Below, one piece after another: positions 38,770 to 52,817 of a stretch of 64,000 nucleotides of DNA. The notes under the pieces are model-generated. The model had not been told where the DNA came from. It saw only the letters and a program-made list of their open reading frames with translations, and searched no databases. Positions within the stretch are counted from its first letter, which is position 1; every line of letters starts with the position of its first letter. The stretch is taken from assembly GCF_964213995.1 (NCBI RefSeq), contig NC_135804.1, forward strand, positions 59,334,001 to 59,398,000, given 5' to 3'. The position numbers were made by a program, and so were the translations under genes. This stretch comes from Mustelus asterias. Taxonomy: Eukaryota.

Positions 38770-41540
38770 CGTTGCTCGGTGTTTATTATAGACCCCCAGA
38801 TAGTCAGCGGGAAATTGAACAGCAAATATATGTGCAATTCGCAGAGGGGTATAAAAATGATAAGAGAGTAATTATATCAGGTGATTTCAACTTTCCCAAC
38901 ATTAATTGGGATAGCTATCATGTTAAGGGCTTAGGTGGAGTAGAGTTCTTAAAATATATTCAGGAAAACTTCTTAGGTCAATATGTAAAGGATTCAACGG
39001 GAAGGAGCTATGTTGGACTTAATTCGGGGGAATGAAGCCAGACAAGTGGTTGATGTGCTGGCGGGAGAGCATTTTGGTGATTATGACCACAACATGGTCC
39101 AATTCAAAGTTGTTATGGACAAAGACATTGACATGTTGCAGATTAGGTTTTCTATTGGGGGAGAGTAGATTTTAACAAAATTAGGAAGGATCTGGCCAAG
39201 GTAGATAGGAACGAGTTACTAGTAGGGAAATCTACAGAAGAGCAGTGGGAGTATCCAAAGATGGAATGGAGAGGTTGCAGGCCCAATATGTTCCCTCTGG
39301 GGTAACAGGAAGGTGTAACAAACCCAGAGAACCACGGATGACCAGAGACATTCAGAATACAATGAGAAGGAAAATAGAGGCTTTTAATAAGTATAAGGGG
39401 AATAAGCCTGCGGAGGCATTAGTGGAGTACAGAAAGTGCAGGCTGGACCTTAAAAGATCAATAACAAGAGCAAAAAGGGGATATGAGAAAGCTCTGGCTG
39501 GTAAAAGAAGGGAAAATCCTAAGATATTCTATAAGTATATCAATGGGAAGAGGATAACCAGGGAAAGAGTAGGGCCCATTAGGGACCAAGGGGGGAATCT
39601 GTGGATGAAAGCAGAGGACATTGGTAGGGTGTTAAATGAGTACTTCACATCTATCTTCACCCATGAAAATGAGGAGGTAGTGATGGAACTCGGAGAGAAA
39701 GACAGAGGCGCAAGAGAAAATTATCACAGGGAAGGACAAGGTATTGGATGTATCGTGGGCTGAAAAGTGTATAAAACTCCAGGTCCGGCTGAATTGTGTC
39801 TCACGTTGTTGTGGGAGGCAAGGGAGGAAATCGCAGGGGCTCTGACCCAAATTTCTAATTCCTCCCTGGCTACCGGGGAGGTCATGCTGTGGAGATGCCG
39901 GCGTTGGACTGGGGTAAACACAGTAAGAGTTGTAAGAACACCAGGTTAAAGTCCAACAGATTTATTTGGTAGCAAATGCCATTAGCTTTCGAAAGCTAAT
40001 GGCATTTGCTACCAAATAAACCTGTTGGACTTTAACCTGATGTTGTTAAAACTCTTACCGGGGAGGTGCCAGAGGACTGGAGAACAGCTAATGTGGTCCC
40101 ACTATTTAAGAAAGTTTGTAGAGACAAGCCAGGGAATGATGGACCAGTAAGTCTTACGTCTGTGGTTGGGAAACTACTGGGGAAGATTCTGAAGGAGAGA
40201 ATCTACCTCCATTTGGAGAGGCAAGGTTTGATCGGGGATAATCAGCATGGCTATGACAGAGGGAGGCCATGCTTAACACATTTGCTTGAATTTTTTGAGC
40301 ATGTAACCAAGTGTGTGGATGAGAGTAGTACGGTTGATGTAGTTTGCATGGATTTCAGCAAAGCCTTTGGCAAAGTCCCACATGGGAGACTTATTAAGAA
40401 GACTAATGCACATGGGATACAGTGCGATTTGACAAGGTGGATTCATAATTGGCTTAGCGGTAGGAGATAGAGAGTGGTGACAGGTGGCTGCTTTAGTGAT
40501 TGGAGGCCAGTGGCCAGTGGCGTAACATAGGGATCCGTGCTGGGGCTCTATTGTTCGTAATTTATATAAATGACATAGATGACTATATGGGAGGTAGGAT
40601 CAGTAAGTTTGCCTATGACGCAAATATTGGCCGGGTAGTTAACAGAGTGTCTTGGGTGACAGTAAGATATCTATGAGATGGTCAAATAGGCGGATAAGTG
40701 GCAGATGGAATTTAACCCTGAAAAGGGTGAGGTGATGCACTTTGGAAGGAGTAATTTGACAAGGAAGTATGCGATGAAAGGTCTGACACTAGGAATTTTT
40801 GAAGAACAAAGGGAGCTTGGCGTGTTTGTCCATAGATCTCTGAAGGCGGAAAGACAGGTTAATAGGGTGGTGAAAAAGGTATATGACACACGCCTTTATC
40901 AGTTGGGGTATAGATTACAAAGTAGAGAGGTCATGATGGAGTCGTATAGAACTTTGGTGAGGCCACAGCTGGAGTACTGTGTGCAGTTCTGGTGGCTACA
41001 TTATAGGAAGGACGTGAATGTACTGGAGGGGGTGCAGATGCGATTTACCAGGATGCTACCTGGGATGGAACATTTACGTTATGAAGAGTGGTTGGATAAG
41101 CTTGGGTGGTTTTCGTTGGAGCAGAGAAGACTAAGGAGCGACCTGATTGAGGTGTTCATGATTATGAGGGGCATGGACAGGGTGGATAGGGAGCAGCTGT
41201 TCCCCTTAGTTGAAGAGTCAGCTTCGAGGGGACACAAGTTAAAAGTGAGGGGTGGGAGATTTAGGGGGGTTTGAGAAAGAACCTTTTTACTCAGAGGGTG
41301 GTGACTGTCTGGAAAGTATTGCCTGGAATGGTGGTGAAGGCGGGATGCCTCACATCCTTTAACAAGTACCTGGATGTGTACTTGGCAGGCCATAACATTC
41401 AAGGCTATGGGCCAAATGCTGGCAAGTTGGATTAGGTGGGCAGGCCACTGCATTTCATGCGTCGGTGCAGACTCGATGGGCCAAATGGCCGCTTCTGCAC
41501 TGTAGTATTCTGTGATTCTGTTACTCTGTGATTCTGTGAA
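38770..41540 (+). mobile_element. 5'-truncated CR1 ORF2 (APE-RT) with ttctgtga-repeat tail
   Basis: GVYYRPP, GDFNFPNINW, PEDWRTANVVPLFKK, MEFNPEK. Confidence 0.92.
39883..40055. mobile_element. Penelope-like fold-back insertion in CR1
   Basis: Palindrome centred on ctttc|gaaag (39990/39991); target duplication taccggggaggt at 39871-39882 and 40056-40067. Confidence 0.87.
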
Positions 41541-42490
41541 TGACACAACGTTTTGGTCTCAACTACTTCCTGTGGTAGTGAATTCCACACATTCACCACT
41601 CTCTGGGTGAAGATAGTTCTCCTCACCTCAGTTATAAATGGTTTACCCCTTACCCTCAAACTATGACCTCTAGTTCTGGACTAACCCACGACCACGAACA
41701 TTCTTTCTGAATCTACCCTGTCTAACCATGTTGGAATCTTGAAGGTTTCAATGAGATGCTCTCTCACTCTTCTAAACTCCAATGAACACACTCATAACCT
41801 ACTTAATCCTTCCTCACATGACAGATCTGTCATCCTAGTGATCAGCCTGGTAAACATTTACTGTGCTCCCTCTATAGCAAGGACATCGTTCCTTAGATAA
41901 GGACACCGAAACTGCACATAATACTCCAGATGTGGCCACACCACGCGCTATACAATTGTACCAATAAATGTCTATTCTTATACTCAAATCTCCTCGCTAT
42001 GAAGGCCAACATGCCATTTGACTTCTTTACTGCCTGCTATACCTGCACCGAGGATACCAAGATCTCGTTAAGCATCCAAATCTCTCAATTTACAACTATT
42101 CAAGTAATAATCTGTCTTCCTATTATTGCGACTAAAGTTGATAAGCTTCACATTTATCCACATTGCACTGCATCTGCCATATATATACCCACGCACTCAA
42201 CCTGTCCAAATCACGCTGAAGCATCTCTGCGTCGTCCTCGCAGCTCAACCTCCCACCCAACTTTGTATCACCTTCAACTATGGAGATAATACATTTAGTT
42301 CACACTTTCAAATCAATAATAAATGATAGGAACAGTTGGAGCCTAGCAGAGATCCTTGCGGTGTCCCACTGGACACTACCTGACAATCAGAACAAGACCC
42401 ACTAATGTCAATGTTTTGCTTCATGTATGCTAACGAGCTTTCTATCCATCTCAGGATGTTACCTGCAATACCCATGGGCTTTAACTTTAC
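41541..42490 (-). mobile_element. CR1 3' fragment
   Basis: MRVRGKPFITEVRRTIFTQRVVNVWNSLPQ on the minus strand. Confidence 0.8.
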
Positions 42491-42492
42491 AT

Positions 42493-43735
42493 TTGATTTG
42501 ATTGATTTGATTTGATTTGATTTATTATTGTCACATGTACTAACACACAGTGAAAAGTATTGTTTCTTGCACGCTATACAGACAAAAACATACCGTTCAT
42601 AGAGAAGGAAATGAGAGCGTGCAGAATGTAGTGTTACAGTTATAGCGAGAGAAAGATCAACTTAATGCAAGGTAAGTCCATTCAAAAGTTTGACAGCAGC
42701 AGGGAAGAAGCCGTTCTTGAGTCGGTTGGTACATGACCTCAGAGTTTTATATCTTTTTCCGGAAGAAAGAATCTGGAAGAGAGAATGTCTGGTGTGCGTG
42801 GGGTCCTTAATCGTGGTGGCTGCTTTGCCGAGGCAGCAGGAAGTGTAGACAGAGTCAATGGATGGGAGGCTGGTTTGCGTGATGGATTGGGTTACATTCA
42901 TGATCTTTTGTAGTTCCTTGCGGTCTTGGGCAGAGCAGGAGCCATACCAAGCTGTGATACAACCAGAAAGAATGCTTTCTATGGTGCATCTGTAAAAGGT
43001 GGTGAGAGTTGTAGCTAACATGCCAAATTTCCTTAATCTTCTGAGAAAGTAGAGGCGTTGGTGGGCTTTCTTAACTGTAGTGTCGGCATGGGGGATCAGG
43101 ACAGGTTGGTGGTGATCTGGACACCTAAAATCTTGAAGCTCTCAACTCTTTCTACTTCGTCTCCGTTGATGTAGACAGGGGCATGTTCTCCTTTACACTT
43201 CCTGAAGTCGATGCCAATCTCTTTCATTTTGTTGACAGTGAGGGAGAGATTATTGTTGCTGCACCAGTTCACCAGATTCTCTATCTCATTTCTGTACTCT
43301 GTCTGGTCATGGTTTGAGATCCGACCCACTACGGTGGTGTCGTCAGCAAACTTGAAAATCGAATGCAATGGAATTTGGCCACACAGTCATAGCTGTATAA
43401 GGAGTATAGTAGGGGCTGAGAACACAGCCTTGTGGGGCACCGGTGTTGAAGATGAGCGTGGAGGAAATGTTGTTGCCTATCCTTACTGATTGTGGTCTGT
43501 GAGTTAGAAAGTTCAGGATCCAGTCGCAGAGGGTGATGCCGAGGCCCAGGCCACAGAGTTTGGAGATGAGTTTCGTGGGAATAATGGTGTTGAAGGCTGA
43601 GCTGTAGTCAATAAATAGGTGTCTGACATAAGTGTCCTTCTTATCTAGGTGTTCCAGGGTTGAGTGCAGGGCCAGGGAAATGGCGTCTGCTTTGGACCAT
43701 CTGCGGCGGTCGGCAAAATGTAGTGGATCCAGGTA
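42493..43735 (-). mobile_element. Rex1/Babar-clade LINE, 5'-truncated
   Basis: [70 protein letters not shown]; aaatc-repeat tail. Confidence 0.9.
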
Positions 43736-43739
43736 ATCT

Positions 43740-44460
43740 GCTTTATGACACAATGCCGAAAGCCTACTGAAACTCTAAATAAGCCACATCCACTGGTTCT
43801 CCTCGGTCAACTCTACGAGCTCCAGCCTCGAAGCATTCCAATTTTCCCTTTGTAAATCCATGCTGACTTAACTGTGCGAAGTGAGGGATATGTGAGGGGC
43901 TGAAACATGGATTTCGTGGAAAGATGGACAGGAATTTGAAGGGGCAAACACGTCCACGGACCTTGGAGAGGCAAATATGTTGGAAATTGGATAGTGGTTT
44001 GCAAGAATGAAGGGGGAAAGGATTGATCGTTTGAGGAGACGGATTATGTCAGCCTCTTTGCAGGAGTGAGTTATCCTACATAGAGGGAGAACGGGCAACA
44101 CTATCAGCTAAAACAGATAGCAGGAATAGAGGATTGTGTTATCATCAGTTTAGTCAGAATAGAGTCAAGACTGTAGGAGGTTGGTTTCATGATGAACTCT
44201 AAGGCAGCAAGTGGAGGGGCTGGAAGGAAAGTGGAGAATAATGTGATTTTAGGGCTGGGTGTGCATTCCTTAGAGGACATTTGCAGAAATGGGGAAATGA
44301 ATGCGAAGGAGACAGCTGAGCAGATGTTTTCAAGTTTAGTAACTGAAAAGGTCATGCAATCCTCGTATTTGTTGTAGGGGATGGTGTATGAGAGGAGATA
44401 AAAGTTTATGGAGACGGTTTGCAGTCGACAAAAATGCCAGAGGTCAGTCAACATTGCATT
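43740..44460 (-). mobile_element. Decayed L2-like RT fragment
   Basis: KPTSYSLDSILTKL and ANHYPISNIF (cf. NYRPISNL) remnants. Confidence 0.55.
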
Positions 44461-44764
44461 TTGGGTGATTCACGAAAATAGAATAATTTTAGTACACTGT
44501 AGGAGGACCCGTTGGTTCTTTATGTGGCCCATAGAGATCAGGCGATCAACAAACAAACCAGTTTAATTATATTGCTTTGGATCAATTTGATAATTATTGC
44601 CCAGTTGCAATCAGAGGGTATAAATAACCCATGTTATTTCAAGCTAATAAGAGTTTGATACGGATACAGTTGCATTGACAGCTGACCATCTAATTATATT
44701 GACGTAGTGTAGAGTTTGACTGTATATCTAACGATGCGTATGCGTGCCAGCTCAAAAACAAAGT

Positions 44765-45326
44765 GGACCCTATTTTACCATTTTGATTCTAGGTGCTGGG
44801 CTTGAAACTGGGAGTGTTTCAGATCCGACTTTTGAGACGCCTCCATACGCACGCTGCCTGCAAAAATATCAGCGAGTCCGATTCTCGCTGCCTAAGCCTG
44901 TGGGTGGGCATTAATGCACCTAAACCCCACGCCCCCCTCCGCCCCCCCCCCCCCCCCCCCCACCTCTCAAGCAGAGAGCCGTGGGACGCTCGGCACCTAC
45001 TTCCTCACTAAATGTAGCGCCCGAATTAGACTTTCATGGAGCATGTCTGTTTCGCGCCGATTCTGGATGCGCGAACGAGGTGGTAAAGGGAGAAGTGCCA
45101 GTCGAGTTTGGCGTGCTGCCCATTAAGTCAATTTAAATGCATGCAAATGCGTTTCAATGTCAGTCGGGCCCGTTTTGGGCACGGTACTGATTGCGGCCAT
45201 TTTCGAGCCTTGGTTAAGGGGAAACTGGTGCGGAGGCAGGTGCGGATCGTGCTACCTGCCTAACGCCTGACTTTACCAAGTTTTTGCGCCTGAAACTAGA
45301 TGCAATGCGATGGTAAAATCGAGCCC
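44765..45326. mobile_element. Non-autonomous DNA transposon (MITE) with imperfect terminal inverted repeats
   Basis: Left ggaccctattttaccat and right atggtaaaatcgagccc; GC-rich non-coding interior; abuts the left edge of duplication copy 2. Confidence 0.65.
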
Positions 45327-45328
45327 GA

Positions 45329-48300
45329 TATCTTCGAGGGAGCATTGAATAAAGGTTTGTGGGTAGAACTTAGGAATAAAAAATAAAGTCATATTTCTAG
45401 CTGTTTTTTATGAACACCCAGATAGTCAGTTGGAAATTGAGGGGCTAAAATGAGCTCAATATGCAAAGGTGAGTAAAAATAATAACAAAAAGGTAATTAT
45501 AGTAGGTGATATCAACTTTCCCAACATTAACTGGGATAAACATAGCGTAAAGAGTTTGACTGGAGTGGATTTCTTGAAATGTGTAGAGGAGAACCTGAGG
45601 CCAATACGTAGAGCGTCCAACAAGGGAAGGAGCTTTGCTGGGCCCAATTCTGGAGAATGAAGCCGAACAGGTGTTTGAGGTGGTGGATGGGTGGGGGATG
45701 GTGGGGGTGGTGAGGGTTGGGGGGGGGGGGGGGGCGGGGGGCGGGGGCGGGGCGGGATCATTTCAGTGATAGTGACCATAACATGGTACAATTTACTCTT
45801 GATATGGACAAAGAATCATACAACTTGCAAAAAATGTTTTTGGTTTGGGGGAGAGAGCAGAGTTTAATGAAATGAGGCAGAATCTTGCCAAGGTAGAAAA
45901 GGAACAGCTACTATTAGGGAAATCTACAGAAGTGCAATGGGGCGTTCAATAAAGAAATGGGAGGGGGAGGTGGTACAAGCCGAACACGTTCATTCTAGGG
46001 TGTTAAGAAAGAATAGCAACCCAAAGAACCATCGATGACCAGATATATTCAGGACAAGATGCTAAGGAAAATAAAAGCTTTTAGCAGATACAAGGCGACC
46101 AAATCAGCAGAGGCATTAGTGAAGTACAGAACGTGCAGGGCAGACTGTAAGTAAGCAATTAGAAAAGTTAAAAAGGGATATGTGAGAGCTGTGGCTTGTA
46201 AAAGTAGGGAAAATCCCTACATATTCTCTAAATATATCAATGGGAAGAGGTTAACCAGGCGAAGAGTAGGGTCCATTCTGGAGCAAGGGGCCAATGTATG
46301 CGTGGAGCAAGAGGATATTGGCAGAGTGTTCAACCGATACTTCACATCTGTTTTCACCAAGAGAATTGGGATGAAGATATGGAGCACAGAGGGAGAGGCT
46401 GTGAGGTTCTTGAGCAAATTGACATAGGGAAAAACAAGGTACTGGAGGAATTGGCAGGCTTGAATGGGGACAAATCGCCAGGTCCAGATGAATTGTGCCC
46501 CAGGCATCCGTGGCAGGCAGGAGAGGAGGCTTCCGAGGTTCTGCCCCAATTTTGAGTTCCTCTCTGGCCACGGAGGAAGTGCCAGAGAACTGGAGAAGAA
46601 TGAATGTGGTTCAAAGGGTTGTAGAGGTAGGCCACGTAAGCACAGACCAGTGGGTCATAGGTCAGTCATAGGGAAACTGCTGGAGAAAATTCTGAAGGAG
46701 AGCATCTATCTCTCCTTTAGAGAGGCAAGGCTTGATTACAGATAGTCAGCATGGCTTTGTCAGAGGGAGGTCATGCCTACCAAAGCTGATTGACTTTTTT
46801 GAGGAGGTGATTAAGTTCTAGAGTGCAGTTGATGTAGTTTATTTTTATTTAAGCAAAGCGTTTGACAAAGTCCCACATGGGAGACTTATAAAGAAATTAA
46901 ATGGAATACAGGGTACATTGATAAAATGAATTCAAAATTGGCTCAATTTAAGAGGCCGAGTGTGGTGACAGAAGGCTGCTTTAATGACTGGAAGCCAGTG
47001 TCCAGTGGCGTATCACAGGTCCCCTACTATTCACCATTTATATAAACAACATAGATGACTATGTGGGGGGTAAGATTAATAAGTTTGTGCATAACACAGA
47101 CATTGGCCTGATGCTTGACAGTGAGGTAGAGTGTCTTGTGCTATAGGGAGATGTAGATGGGATACTCAATGAGCAGATATGTAGCAGATGGAATTTAACC
47201 CTGAAAAGTGTGAGGTGATACACTTTGGAAAGAATAATTGGACAAGAAGTACTCAATGAATGGCACGACACTAGGAAGTTCTGTAAAACAAAAGGACCAT
47301 GGGGTGTTTGTCCAGAGATCTCGGAAACTGGAAGCACATGTTCATAGAGTGTTGAAAAAGTCATATCAGACACTTGCATTTATCAATCGAGGCATACATC
47401 ACAAAAGCAAGGAAGTGATGTTGGAGTTGTATAGAATTTTAGTGAGGCCACAGCTGGACTACTGTGTGCAGTTCTGGTCGCCACATTCTTGGAAGGCTGT
47501 GATTTATCTGGAGAGGGTGCAGAGGAGATTCACCAGTCTGCTGCCTGGGATGGAACATTTAAGTTATGAAGAGAGGTTGGACCAGAGGAGACTGGGCGGG
47601 GGAGGGGGAAGGGGGTGCACCTGATCGAGTTGTATGAGTTTAAGAGGGGCATAGACAGAATGGATAAGGAGCAGCTCTTCCCCTCAGTTGAAGGGTTAAT
47701 CATGAGGGAGCACAAATTCAAGGGGAGGGACAGGAGGTTTATGGGGGATGTGAGGAGAAACCTTTTTATCCGGAGTGTAGGGACGGTTTAGACTGCGCTG
47801 TCTGGTAGCAGGGTAGAGGTGAGTTGCCTCACAACCTTTAAAAAGTACCTGGATGAGCACTTGGAACGTCATGACGTTCAAGGCTATGGGCCAAGTGCTG
47901 ATAAATGGGATTAGGAGAGAGGTCAGGTGTTTCATATGTGTTGGTGCAGACTCGATGGGCCGAACGGCATCTTCTGCGCTGTATGATTCTATGTTATTGC
48001 GTCAAGGGGGCGGCGGGGAGAAGGGGGGGGGGGCGGGGTGCTGGCGGGTGGATATAAAAACAAGCTGATGTTGTAAATGTTCCTTCTTGAAACTCCGTTT
48101 TTTAAACCCTTATTTTTAGTTGATCGTGCTGCAGGTGCGGTCACAGACGAAACGTATTTTTGAACAAACAGGTACAGGGTGTCAAACGTCATTGCGATGG
48201 TTTTCAGATCAAATATTCAGCAGACAATTCACACAGTGATAAACACACGGTCACTGCAGTCAGACATCAACTGAACCTTTATCACGGAATGTTGTCGAAT

Positions 48301-49820
48301 GTGATCCTTCTGTTCACGTTCCTGTCTCTCCCGAAGGTCATTTCAGCGAGTATTGGGATATTCTCTACCCAAACTGTCTCATTAAACAAGCAAATATTTT
48401 ATTGTTCCCACGTCAATTGAATTAAAAGTCGTTCGTCCGTCCGTCAAAATCTCCGGTCTCTGTCTTCCAGACAGAAACATATTCCAAAGTCTCTCCTTTC
48501 ACACTGAATACTGTTACTTAATACAAACCTTCAATATATTTTCTAACAAGTGCTCCGGGAGCTTCGATCAACGCGTCTCAAAGTCCTAAACAGATAACTA
48601 TATTGAGAGGGACAAACATCACTTTCTATTGCAGAATTCCCCTTTCTCATGACAATGTGGATGTCGAGGTGCGTTACTGGAAACAGGGTGAGAATAAATA
48701 TATGACAAATGGAACCGATGACAGAAAACGATTCGATTTCAAAACTAAAGGAGGTGATTTATTTGAGCTGCGAAACGCGACTCTCCAGGACTCAGGAATC
48801 TATGACTGCGCAGTGTTCCGCCAGGGGGAAAATAGTGGAAATGGAACAGGATCCAGCTTAACTGTCTGCGGTAAATGACTGGAATGACCAAGAACATCAA
48901 GCACTCGATTTTATCACTGTTTCATTGTGCTGCCTTTGATGCTGTAAAGCTCTGTGCTCAGCTGCTAATTAGGCAGCGGAATGTGACATCTTATTTGCTG
49001 TGTTATTCAAAACTGCTGGAAATACACAGCCATTCAGGGCATGTCTACGAAGAGAGACGCAAAGTTACAGTCTCAGATCTGTTACCTTTTTGAGTAAAAT
49101 GTTACTTGATTCATTACAAAATGTAATTTTTACATCAGATTTCTCATCTTGAGGTTGGTCCACCGTATTCTAGATTCCCCAGCCGGAGGAAGCAACCTCG
49201 CCGAGTCTACCCTGCCAGGTACATTTACAATCATGTATGTTCCACTGAAATCATCTCATTCTAACCTTTTCACTCTTCGCCTGTATGAGCTTCCATAAAT
49301 CTATATAACCTTGCTTTTATTACCGGTGTCGGACAGATTGTTTTTCACTTGGGGACGCTGCTGACTGACCTATTTTTACCAACATAAAGGGAAGCGAATG
49401 GGGATATAATTCTTCTGTCATTCCTTACTCTGAACGTCTCTCCACTAACCTGATTTTCTCCATATTTTGTTCGCAGCTGCACCAACTCCGTTAAAGCTTT
49501 CCCTAAGCATCCTGCAAGCAATTCATCTACGTTCCTGACTCGTGTGTGTCAGACGCCTGGGTTTTACCCGAGTGATTTGACTCTCCTTTGGTATAATGAT
49601 GGTGTCAACATCACAACGGTGGTTAATCCGATCAAGCAGCAGAACAGTGAACGACTGTATGAAGTTTCCAGCTCTTTAGAGGAGCCGCAATCTGTGCAGA
49701 ACGAAACTGTTTACATCTGTTTGGTAACTCAGATCTCCCTCCGGCCTTCGGCCATTGCCACTCACATTGTTACCAACTCCTGCCCAGGTATGAGGCCAAT
49801 AGGCCAATAAGTGAAATTAG
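45329..49820 (+). repeat. Segmental duplication copy 2 (CR1 45329-47992 plus gene C ectodomain exons)
   Basis: Same CR1 copy without the nested insertions at 28467 and 29520; promoter and intron sequence nearly identical to gene B. Confidence 0.9.
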
Positions 49821-52817
49821 TAGTTTTTTTTAAATCAGAAAAGGGTCTTTCTTGGAAATTATTGACCTCAATTATCATGAAGATAATTTTAAAATAAAAT
49901 ATCGGTAAATATAAAATGAAAGAGAAGATTGAATGGTTCTGTGTGAAGTTTTATTGGCCCAAACTTGTTGTCAAAGCGAAGTAGTATCATTGTTGTCCTC
50001 CTGCCTTTTGAAGCTCGGCAGGTTCCAATTTTTTCAAAAGACAAAGTTGCAAGCGGCCGAAACGTTCCATCTATTTATTTTACTTATAATGCTTATTATT
50101 AAACATTCGCATTTGGCCACTTCTCATACTGATTTTATATTTTCCAGGACCAGTTTTCCTCACACCGGCTGCAGAACCAGGAGTGGCAGTTTGTTTGGTT
50201 TGCCCCACTGTGAATGGGTCCAAAGTTAGTCTTGTGGGCAGGTCGCAATGCCTCTTCATGACCCAGCGGTTAGGAGCAAAAACGCCCTTTTGAAGTATTT
50301 CATTTTGCTTGCAGCCCAGATCTGCAGTATAACTTATTGCGATTCATAGGTTAATTAATTAACATGTTCTGTTATTAGCAAATAACCATGCATTGCTTTC
50401 CCTTCCTACTGCTTCTTACTTCAGTTAACATACTCCACAACATTGAATTTGCACATTAAGGGACTGAATAAAGTCCATATTTCTCATAGCAGTGGCACGT
50501 TTCGTTTCATTGAATTACTAATATTTTATTAAATAATAGTGTAAAAGAAAAATATAAGTCAAATGCAAGAACAAGCCTATTGATCCATCGAAATGTTCTC
50601 GAAGGGAATTTTCATCGCGCCCCAAATTGGTACTCTCCCTCGCAGGTAATTCTGGTGTTGTGCTATCCTTTGTGAGAATGAATTATTTTGACATCAATCT
50701 AATATGGTAAATTGCGAATACTTTGAAGTAATGCTCTCCTCCGAAACATATCACCCAGTTGCAGAAAACATGAGCACTAGTTTAACCAACAAATTAATTC
50801 GAGGTAAAAGCAAATTACTGCGAATGCTGGAATCTGAAACAAAAACAGAAAATACTGGGAAATCTTAGCAGGTCTGACAGCTTCTGTACTGAGAGAATAT
50901 TAATTCGAGGTTTCTTTTTAGGTAGCGTCCGAAATAAATTCTCAGCATCATTTTAATTTTGCAGAGCCTGATGGTAAATATCATTACATTTGGATTTCTG
51001 GATGTACGGTGGGTGGATTGGCTTTTCTGATATTCATGGTCATAATTGGGACGAGAGTCTGTCTGAAGAATACAGGTAGGTACCCCTTTATGCAAATCTT
51101 CAGGGGAACGGAGAGATTGTGCTCGGCGGCGTTGTGAGCATAAGGATTGCGCAATTGTCACTTATTGGATGCAAGAAAAACCGAAATCGTGAGCGGCAAA
51201 TGGGACTGATTTTATAACGTAGTCGTTGTCTCAAAATTAGGATTTAATGAATCTGATTATTTGTACATTACATTTGGTAATGCCCGCATTCTGGCAGATG
51301 GTAAATCCTGTCAGTGTCCAGATGGAGAAGATTTATAATTCACTTAAAATGTGAAAATCTGGCATTGGCAAAATATGACAAATCTGAGGACTGGCACAAA
51401 ATATCAAGTAACTGATTAATGTCCTTTAGAGACGGAAACAGATTCAACGCGGTCTGAACTATGTGTGACTCCAGTCCGACAGAAGTATGGTCAATTCTTA
51501 AATAGCCTCTGAAGTGGCCACGCAAGCCACTTAGTCATATCTGGCTAACGACAGCCGGAGGTGGACAACAAGTATGCTCGTCTGCGGCACCGACGTCTTG
51601 AGAATGAATGAAGCAAGATAGCAGTTTGACTTTTTCGACATGGTTAATATTCTCACATAGTTCCATAAACAACATGGTCGAGCCGCCGCTTTACAGGCTA
51701 AAGGAACAAATTTATTCCGAGTTTCTACCTGATGCATTACCCCGATAATGAATAATCACTCCGTATCTCTTTGAACGAACGTTTGGGTTTTATCATTAAT
51801 GATCAAAATTGTATTCCGTTGTGCGGTGGACTAGAACACCCCACAGTTCGATTGTTCCCTTGTATGACGCACTGCCTTGTCCATGTAGTTTAACATCCAA
51901 CATTAAACCATTGTTAATTTGTATGAAATGGACATTTTATGTGCTCGGCCAACCAAATACTTGGTCGTTTTCAGTTTCATCATTAGTAATATCACTAGAA
52001 TCCAGAGAGCTTTTTTTTTCTCATCTCCGCTGTGGCCTGCGTCCGTGTGTGTTTCTGCGCGTGTTTCTGTGAGTGTCTGTGTTTGCGTAATTGTGTGCGT
52101 GCGTTTTTATCCAAGTGTGTGTTAAACATTATCTAGCCTCTAAAAATACTTTTGAAGGCACAACTATGGAAAGTGATCGTTACAGATCGTAACCATTGAA
52201 AGAAATTCATTTGCTTATTTTCCAGGTAAACAGGAAAGTGCAACAATAGTGAACATTGGTGACGAGCGGGTGGGTTATTTTTTATATAAATGTTGTTACT
52301 TCGTCGCGGTCCTGCTTAGCCACGTTATGAAGGCACTTCCCTTGGCCAACAAGTCCCGGTGTGGAGTTCAAAGCGGGAATTTCTGGTGCAGCCAAAAGAG
52401 TCTCTTTGTATGGTAGCACCTTTCAACAGTCATGCCGTCACACAGCAAGGCATGTGCTCCTCTGCCCGACTTCGAATCTAACTATTTAAGATTCTTCAGT
52501 TTCTCCCCTAATTATGAACATCTTCAAACTTTTTTTACTTTCTACATTTACATTTTTTAAATTTTCTACATGGACTTAACCGTCCAAACTACAATGACTA
52601 TCAGTATTCCGCTGCAGGGTTTCACATTCGCCACACTCTCCTACCTATTACATAATAGCTTCAAAACTGAATGCTAATCCCTGAATTCTGATGAATCAAT
52701 GACTCACATGCCTCATAAAGTGGAACAGCACCAAATTAGGCTGTGCAACACGAGTCATAAAGTATTTTAATTCTAGAAGCTTGCTTTTATAATGTGCTTT
52801 CTTTTCTACCTTACCGT

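Noticed and set aside
45456-45791. Proline-rich minus-strand ORF
   Set aside because: Antisense translation of G-run expansions inside a CR1
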